From NCBI GenBank assembly GCA_965197905.1, contig CBDAOB010000005.1, positions 640,001 through 704,000 on the forward strand: a stretch of DNA of 64,000 nt, given 5' to 3'. Position numbers and translations under genes: made by a program. The notes beneath the pieces were generated by a model. The model was not told where the DNA came from and did not search any database. It was given only the letters and a program-made list of their open reading frames with translations. This document shows positions 56,876-64,000 of this stretch, in pieces (position 1 is the first letter of the stretch; every line of letters starts with the position of its first letter). This stretch comes from Candidatus Latescibacterota bacterium (GTDB lineage Bacteria > Latescibacterota > UBA2968 > UBA8231).

Positions 56876-59815
56876 AAAGGTGGTCATCAGGATCGGACGA
56901 AACCGGTGCCGGCCTGCCTGCATCAGGGCGTCAAACCGATCCAAGCCCTCCTGGCGCAATCGGTTAACCAGGTCCACGAGAACCATGGCGTTATTAACCA
57001 CCACGCCCACGAGGATCACCGTTCCGATGCGCGACATGTCGTCCATCGGTGTTCCCGTGAGATAGAGCGTCCAATAGACACCGAGCCCGGCGAACGGTAT
57101 TGAGACTATGACCGAAAGGGGCAGCACGAACGACTCGAACAGAACCCCCATGAGCAGGAATACGAAGGTAATGGACAACGCGATAGCGAACTGCTGAGAC
57201 CGGTCCGTTTCCTCCATACGGATGAAACGGGCTCCCTTGTCCCAGCGGTAGCCGCGAGGCATCTCCAGGTCGGCCATAGCGCCATCTACCTCTTCGAAGA
57301 GTCCCTTGGCGTCATCTTGCGTCGCATAGGCGGTGACTGCCACCATGGCCTGACGATTGTAGCGGGTGATTTTGTCCAGGCTCCGTTCGAAGTAGAAGCT
57401 GGCGAAGGCGTCCAACGGCATCTCTTCACCGCCCGTTGTGCTGAAGAGCAGGTTGCGCAACTGTTGGAGATCCTGTCCGTCCTCGTCCCGCAATCGAGTT
57501 TTTATCTGTATCTCGCGATCATCCCCGATATGTGTCCAGCCGATCTCATTCCCCGGGATCGCCCCCGTGGGCCAGCGGACGCCGATGGCGTTGGATACGG
57601 TACGAGGTTCGATCCCATACCGTTCCATCTTTTCGCGGTTTAGTCGTATCTGTACTTCTGATGAGCCGCGGTCCAGGTCGGTGTGGACCGCGACGAAGCC
57701 CGGTATGCTGAGCAGGCGCCGCTGCACTTCCAGCGCCAGTCTCGTCAGCACCAAGTGGTCGGTACCATATATGTTCAACGTCAAAGAGGCATCCTGTTCC
57801 CCCTGTTCGCCGTTGATGGTCAGAAAAATTCCCGGGCGGGTTGGAAGGCGTTGCCTCATATCGGCGATTATCTCGTCGTATTCCATGCGCTTCTGCTCTA
57901 ACATTCCCAGCCTGTCGAGGAGCCCGTTCCAGACCACCTGATACCACTCCTGCCGCTCTTCTTTCTTTAGCGCGATCGACGCCCGACCCCCCATGCCATA
58001 GTAGCTGGAGACGCGCACCTGGTCGACGTTGTAACGCTCGCGTTGGTTCATCAGGGTATCCTCTACTGCGGTCATGAACTCGTTCAACCGCTTCAGCGAA
58101 AAACTCCGCGGCATGTCGAACTTCATCCAAGCATGGCTGCGGCGTTGCGAAGTGCGGTCGGTTTGTTCGAGGCCCTGGTACGGAATCCAGATGCTCGCCC
58201 CTACCAGGAGCGCCAAAATCAGCGCGTCCAGACGGTGGGAAAGCACCCATTGCAGACAGCTCCCATAGCGACGCTGCAGATTCTGAATAGCCTTGTGCTC
58301 GCGGTGCGCTCCGGGGCCGGAAAAGCGCTGGGCAGCTAACGGAAACAGCAGCAATGCCACGAACAGGGACGTGAAAAGACCCACGGTGACCGGGAAACCC
58401 ACACGCCACATCCAGAACGAGAAGAGATCGTCGTCGCTCATCAAGATCAGGGGAAGAAACACCACGACGGTGGTCAGCGTCGCCATGGTGATGGCCAATC
58501 CGACTTCACCGGCACCGGTTACGGACGCTTCTCGTTCGCCGAGACCCTCGCTGCGTTTTCTGAAGATGTTCTCCACCACGACGATGGCATTGTCCACGAC
58601 GAGCCCCAGGCTCAACATCAAACCCATCATGGTGGCCAGGTTCAACGACCAACCGTAGAAATAGATGGCGGTCATGCTGGCCAGAATCGACAGCGGAATG
58701 GCGCTGGTGATGATCAGGGTCATGGGCAGGTTGCGCAGGAAAATCATCAGAACGATCGCCGCAAACAGGCCGCCCCAAAGACCGGAAATCTTGAGATTGT
58801 CGATGGAGGCAGCGATATGTTCGGCCTGGTCCCAGACGATCTGCAGCTCGGCTCCGGCCAAGCGCGGATCATCGACGAAGTCAGCCAATCTCCGACGCGC
58901 TTCTTCGCACACACCCACGATATTGGCATCTGGCGAACGCTGAATTCCGATCCAGACGGATTCCTTGCGGTTGATGCGTGTAACCCGCAGTTCGGTGGAG
59001 GAGCGCAGCTCAACCTCGGCGATGTCGCTCAGGCGCAGTGCTCGCCGGGGCTCCACAACGAACTCGCGAAACTGTTCCAGAGAGCTCAACGTCGCTACCG
59101 AGCGCACCATGATACGCCGCCCCCCCTCGTGAACATGGCCACTGGAGAGGGCGAAGTTTTCCTCCGTGAGGCGCCTCAAGACTGTATCGATGTCGACACC
59201 AAGGCTGCGTACCTTGTCCTCATCCAGCACGATCCAAAGCACGAGGTCGAGGCCGCTCCAAACGCTCACTCCGCCGACACCGTCAATACGTAATATTTCG
59301 GGTTTTATGGTCTGGTCGAGCAACAGGTCAGGCCGTGAGATGGAGCGGTCAAAGCGTGCATTGATCCACATCACATCGAAGCTCTCGTCACCTGATTCCA
59401 CCCAGCCGACGTCGACTTCACGACCCCTCATGGTTTCATCGAAATCCAACTGAGCGTAAAACCAATCCATGCGGTCGCGCAGCTCATACCAGGCGCGCTT
59501 CATATCGGTGCCCTTGTGGTATTCCACATAGGAGGAACCCCGTTCCCGCTGCGCAAACGCCCTGGTGCCCTTGAAGCCGCTCAGGGTATATAGGGCGTTC
59601 TCCAACGGAATAACGATCTCCTCGAGAGTCTGAGTCGCGGTTGAGTTGGGAAAGGGTACCCAAGCCCAGAGGGTGCTGGTTGCCTCACCCTTGGGTTCCA
59701 TCGCCAGGGGGATGCGCAGGTAGGCGATCCATCCGATCACCAGCAATGCGAGTAGCGCCATCACCACGGTGACGGGACGGTTTACGGACAGACGGGGCAG
59801 CAGGTATTTCTGCAT
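56876..59815 (-). pseudogene. RND (AcrB/AcrD/AcrF) permease lacking its last TM helices
   Basis: SVNRPVT, GLVVDNAIVVVENI, GVVVNNA; RFRPILMTTFT then an abrupt switch to unrelated sequence. Confidence 0.85.
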
Positions 59816-60066
59816 GTCGACAGGACCGCCGTTAATTACGGTCTATCAGATGGATGCAAATGCGGCCTCGCCGGCAGGGGCGCCCACGATAGAGTGCCAC
59901 ACGGTTCAACGCCAGGCGAGGTGCAAATAAGCTAGGGGGAGAATATGAACAATGACCAACCTTTTGTGCTCGCTATGGATCGGGTAGTATCACATGGACG
60001 CGGTACTGTATATTGGACGCGGGACATCAAATATGATGAAGATATGGCGGTGTTAGGATAGAGCGA

Positions 60067-60801
60067 ATGAAGAAAGTGTCCCTAAGCTTGATGTTGCTTT
60101 GTTGGTGCTGCAATCTCGCAGCCGCAAGCGAGCCTATTCGCCTCATGACCGAGGAGTTTGCGCCCTTCCAGTACTACGAAGGTAAAACACTGACCGGAGT
60201 TTCAATTGAGATCGTGCGGGCCTTGCAGGCGAAGGTAGGCAGCACTGATGCGATTGTCGTCTATCCCTGGAGCAGGGGCCTCAGGCTCTTGGAGCGAACG
60301 AAGAACAGTGCGCTCTTCTCTACGTTGAGGACGGAAAGTAGAGAGAAAAAGTACAAGTGGGTGGGTCCACTGGCTGAGCTCAGGATGGTGTTCTTCAAGA
60401 AGGCGGGCAGCCCGATCCAGCTCGCTTCCGTAGATGATGCTATGAAGCTTGCTAAAGTCGGCGTTACCAAGAATGTTGGGTCGCACGACCTTCTTCTCAG
60501 CCTCGGATTCACCAACCTGGATGTTCTCGAGAGTGGTGCGGATGAGACCAACATCAAGAAGCTGGTCAGGGACCGCATCGATCTTTGGCCGAGTTCCTAT
60601 CTGGCCGGACTACACAGCGCGAAAAAGATGGGTCTTCAGGGCCGGATCGAAGCGATAACCAATGTCAACATCATGTCGGGCCATCTCTACTTGGCCTTCA
60701 ACAAGGATACCGATGATTTGATCATCAAGTCCTGGCAGGCTGGACTCGACGAGCTCCGTGGGCACAGGGTGGTGGACGCGATCATCGCCAAATACCGGTG
60801 A
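60067..60801 (+). CDS. Periplasmic substrate-binding protein, family 3
   Basis: Signal peptide, TEEFAPF, PWSRG, YKWVGPL, YLAFNKDT. Confidence 0.85.
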   Translation: MKKVSLSLMLLCWCCNLAAASEPIRLMTEEFAPFQYYEGKTLTGVSIEIVRALQAKVGSTDAIVVYPWSRGLRLLERTKNSALFSTLRTESREKKYKWVGPLAELRMVFFKKAGSPIQLASVDDAMKLAKVGVTKNVGSHDLLLSLGFTNLDVLESGADETNIKKLVRDRIDLWPSSYLAGLHSAKKMGLQGRIEAITNVNIMSGHLYLAFNKDTDDLIIKSWQAGLDELRGHRVVDAIIAKYR

Positions 60802-61115
60802 GGAACCGGGAGGCGGATAAACCGGCCGCAGCTACACTTTGAATTGTACTACCGCGCGTTGTAGCTTGTCGGCTAACAGACTGAGCTGTTGCGCGGAGTC
60901 CTGCACCCCGCTCGCACGCGCCGAGATCTGATCGGATCCCTCAGCTACATCCACCAGCGTTCGTGTTATGCCCTCGCTATTTCCCGCAAGGCTGGTGGTG
61001 CTCTCCGAAATTGCTCGTTGCGTCGAATTTTGTTGTTCAACCGCTTCTGCATTCGTTTCGGAGAGATCCCCGATCTGTTTGACCCACAGCGGAACGGTTC
61101 GTTTGTTCTCCGACC

Positions 61116-62309
61116 ATGAAGATCAAATCGATCAGATCCGTCGATGTAACGTTCCCCACCACCGCACCTGCGAAGACCAAGAAAATCACTTACAAGACAG
61201 CCAGACGTCCGTCCTGGGCGGAGACCGGACCGGTCGCCAATCCGATGACACGCTATCCACGTTATGCCGAGTTTCGCCCTTCGTGGATGCCGACCTGGAG
61301 GAACTTCGGATGTGTCGTCGAAGCGGAAGACGGCACCTGGGGGTTCGCCACGGCCAGCCACGGTCGCCCGGTGGCCGCCATCATCGATGACCACCTGGGG
61401 CCGCGGCTCGAGGGCGAGAGCTGCCTGGCTACCGAGAAGTGTTACGACATGATGGTGCGTTTGGGCGCCCCTTACGGCGCGACCGGGCTCCACGCCTATG
61501 CCGTTAGTGCAATCGATCTGGCTTTGTGGGATCTGAAAGGGAAGTTGCTGCAGCGACCGGTCTACGAGCTGCTCGGCGGCCCTGCTCGCGACGAGCTTTT
61601 CTGCTACGCCACCGGAGGCGATGCAGATTGGTACCGCGAGCTCGGTTTTACCGCGATCAAGCTTCCGTGCCCGTACGGCCCGGACGATGGTCTCGAGAGG
61701 CTCCAGAAGAACGTCGAGATGGTGGCGAAAACCCGGGACCTGGTCGGTGACGGGACGGAGCTGATGCTGGATTGCTGGATGGCGTTCGACGTGGAGTACG
61801 CGGTGCGCCTGGCAGAGGCGTTGCGGCCCTACAATCTCAAATGGATGGAAGAGGTCCTGAGGTCTGAAGACTTCGATGCCCATGCTGAACTGCGCCAGCG
61901 GGTCCCGTGGCAAACTTTGGCTACGGGCGAGCACTGGTACACAACCGTGCCGTTTCAGCACGCCGCCAAACGTCAGCTGGTAGACATCCTGCAGCCAGAT
62001 ATCGGCTGGGTTGGAGGTCTCACCGCCATGGTCAAAATCTGCGCCATCGCCGAGGCAGCGGGCATCTCCGTCATTCCTCACGGCGGTGGCAACTCGCCCT
62101 ACGGACACCATGCGTGTTATGGGCTGCCGGCCATTCCCTGGACCGAGTGTTTCATAGCGACCCCACCCGGCGTTCCTCCGCAGGAAGCTCCGTGGATGCC
62201 CGGAGTAGCTGCTCCCGACAAGGGCCGCATGCGGCCGTCAAACAGCCCCGGCTTTGGCCTGGAGATCAACCTGACAGATGTATCGCCATTCGATCACCGG
62301 AAGGCGTGA
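61116..62309 (+). CDS. Enolase-superfamily acid sugar dehydratase (L-rhamnonate dehydratase-like)
   Basis: SAIDLALWDLKGK, LMLDCWMA, WMEE, ATGEH, LQPD, PGFG. Confidence 0.88.
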   Translation: MKIKSIRSVDVTFPTTAPAKTKKITYKTARRPSWAETGPVANPMTRYPRYAEFRPSWMPTWRNFGCVVEAEDGTWGFATASHGRPVAAIIDDHLGPRLEGESCLATEKCYDMMVRLGAPYGATGLHAYAVSAIDLALWDLKGKLLQRPVYELLGGPARDELFCYATGGDADWYRELGFTAIKLPCPYGPDDGLERLQKNVEMVAKTRDLVGDGTELMLDCWMAFDVEYAVRLAEALRPYNLKWMEEVLRSEDFDAHAELRQRVPWQTLATGEHWYTTVPFQHAAKRQLVDILQPDIGWVGGLTAMVKICAIAEAAGISVIPHGGGNSPYGHHACYGLPAIPWTECFIATPPGVPPQEAPWMPGVAAPDKGRMRPSNSPGFGLEINLTDVSPFDHRKA

Positions 62310-62351
62310 CGATACGGTGACCGGAAACCACAACCAGTGCCGCGAACTTAA

Positions 62352-63773
62352 ATGGACCGGATCTCGACGATGACCGAAGCGCCGCTTCATTTCAAAACCA
62401 TCACTCAGCTTGCTGAGCTGATCAAATCAAAGCAACTGTCGCCGGTAGAACTCGCCGAGAAGTCGCTTCGGCGCATCGAGGAGCATGATGCCCGATTCAA
62501 GAGCTACGCCACCGTGATGGCGGATCAGGCACTGGCAGCAGCTCAGGATGCGGAGAAGGACATCATTTCAGGTGCCTACCGCGGGCTCTTGCACGGAGTT
62601 CCGCTGGCGGTCAAGGATCTATGTTTTACCCAAGGCGTTCGCACCATGGGAGGAACCAAGGTGCTGGCCGATCACGTACCTTCCTTCGATGCAACCGTCG
62701 TAACAAGACTCAAAGCAGCGGGCGCGGTGTTGCTGGGCAAGCTCAACATGACCGAAGGCGCGATGGCGGGCTACAATCCGGTGCGCGATATCCCCATCAA
62801 TCCCTGGAACGCCGAGCGCTGGACCGGCTCTTCGTCCAGCGGCTCGGGGGTGGCGACGGCGGCGGGTTTGTGCTTCGGATCGCTTGGCAGCGACACGGGC
62901 GGCTCCATTCGTTTCCCTTCAGCATGCAACGGCATAGTCGGTCTCAAACCGACGTGGGGGAGAGTCAGTCGCTACGGGGTGCTCGCTCTTGCCGAGTCGC
63001 TGGACCACGTGGGACCGATGACCAGGAGTACGGCCGATGCGGGCATCATGCTGCAGGCGATCGCTGGGCACGATCCCCATGACCCTACCTCGTTGTCCGC
63101 GCCGGTCCCCGATATGCTGGCAGGTATCGACAGAGAGATCGCCGGCATTCGCATCGGTTTCAATGAACGATTCGCCACTGAAGGCATCGACCCTGAACTG
63201 GTCGAGGCGGTTAACGCGGGGGTGAAGGTTCTTCGGGATCTGGGAGTCGAGGTGGTCGAGGTGGAACTGCCAGACATGGATCAGTACACCTCGGCGTGGC
63301 CGGTTTTGTGTACCGCGGAGGCGGTTCTGGCCCACGAGGCCACCTATCCATCGAGGAAGGACGAGTACGGTCCCTGGCTCCGGGAATGGCTGGACCGGGG
63401 CGCGAGGGTCGCGGGGGCCGACTACGCCCGGGCCAACAACCTGCGCGCCGAGTGCGCGGGTCATCTTCGCCGAGTGCTCGAGGAGGCGGATCTGCTTGCC
63501 TGCCCGACGACGGCTGGACCGCCGTACCCGATCACACCCCAGGAACTGTATGGGGGCATTGCCAAAGAGCGCGAACCCAAGTTCCAGCGGTTCACGGCGC
63601 CGTTCAACTTCAGCGGTGGCCCCACGCTGTCGCTACCGTGCGGACTGAACAGCGAAGGTTTGCCCCTCAGTCTTCAACTAGCCGGCAGACATTTGTCCGA
63701 ACCGTTGCTCTGCCAGGTGGGTCACGCCTATGAGCAGGCAACCGAATGGCACCGGTTACATCCTGATATCTGA
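62352..63773 (+). CDS. Amidase signature family enzyme
   Basis: PLAVKDL, GSSSSGSG, GSDTGGSIRFP, GLKPTWG. Confidence 0.92.
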   Translation: MDRISTMTEAPLHFKTITQLAELIKSKQLSPVELAEKSLRRIEEHDARFKSYATVMADQALAAAQDAEKDIISGAYRGLLHGVPLAVKDLCFTQGVRTMGGTKVLADHVPSFDATVVTRLKAAGAVLLGKLNMTEGAMAGYNPVRDIPINPWNAERWTGSSSSGSGVATAAGLCFGSLGSDTGGSIRFPSACNGIVGLKPTWGRVSRYGVLALAESLDHVGPMTRSTADAGIMLQAIAGHDPHDPTSLSAPVPDMLAGIDREIAGIRIGFNERFATEGIDPELVEAVNAGVKVLRDLGVEVVEVELPDMDQYTSAWPVLCTAEAVLAHEATYPSRKDEYGPWLREWLDRGARVAGADYARANNLRAECAGHLRRVLEEADLLACPTTAGPPYPITPQELYGGIAKEREPKFQRFTAPFNFSGGPTLSLPCGLNSEGLPLSLQLAGRHLSEPLLCQVGHAYEQATEWHRLHPDI

Positions 63774-63804
63774 GGCGCCAGATGTCAGCAGCAGGGAGTA
63801 AGAG

Positions 63805-64000
63805 ATGGCAGACGCATTCAATGTTCCCGGGGTAGTCAAGCCGTTTGGCGTGTTCTCCAGCGCTGCCTGGCAGCCCCGGGGTCGGGTGCTGCATGTTTCG
63901 GGTCATGTCTCCCAGAACGAAAGCGGTGCAACCGTCGGCAAGGGAAGCATGGAAACGCAGACGCGGCAGGTGCTCGAGAATATCCGAGATGTGTTGGCTC
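63805..64000 (+). CDS. RidA/YjgF family protein, partial (runs off window end)
   Basis: Manual translation MADAFNVPGVVKPFGVFS...LHVSGHV...METQTRQVLENIRDVL. Confidence 0.8.
   Translation, partial: MADAFNVPGVVKPFGVFSSAAWQPRGRVLHVSGHVSQNESGATVGKGSMETQTRQVLENIRDVLA

Noticed and set aside
1..64000. tRNA or rRNA genes, prophage structural genes
   Set aside because: None recognised by eye; tRNAscan-SE and barrnap would be needed to exclude them formally

Overview
GC-rich bacterial window, by inference from an FCB-group organism such as Latescibacterota (PorV/UPF0164-like barrel, T9SS-like/FlgD C-terminal domains, several PhyH and beta-propeller paralogues). From left to right: (1) a minus-strand run of PhyH dioxygenase, threonine-synthase-like enzyme, beta-propeller hydrolase, gamma-glutamyltransferase and a multiheme cytochrome c that the ORF track misses; (2) an Opp/Dpp ABC transporter, a GT-C-like membrane protein, an M16 protease, a permuted FAD oxidoreductase-polyferredoxin fusion, SCO and a DegT/Gfo/amidohydrolase cluster; (3) a ~10.5 kb decayed integrative island (27417-37966). 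The island is bounded by an 18-bp direct repeat equal to the 3' end of a beta-propeller gene and carries arm-like repeats, a tyrosine-integrase remnant, two IS91/ISCR 3' remnants with oriIS-like ends, a group II intron 3' end and many gene fragments; (4) an 11-kb signalling locus (NtrC-type regulator, His kinase, three zinc-ribbon adaptors with REC, TPR or FHA, a consensus sigma54 promoter with palindromic enhancer-like sites, a ZU5-like lipoprotein, STAND-TPR, Ser/Thr kinase-STAND-TPR and PP2C), the best candidate for an undescribed system; (5) PorV-like and T9SS-cargo remnants, a truncated RND pump, an SBP, an enolase-family dehydratase, an amidase and RidA. About a dozen frameshifts and many abrupt truncations occur. 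Some may be sequencing or assembly errors. No rRNA, tRNA or CRISPR array was seen. All calls come from reading motifs by eye; no database searches were run.
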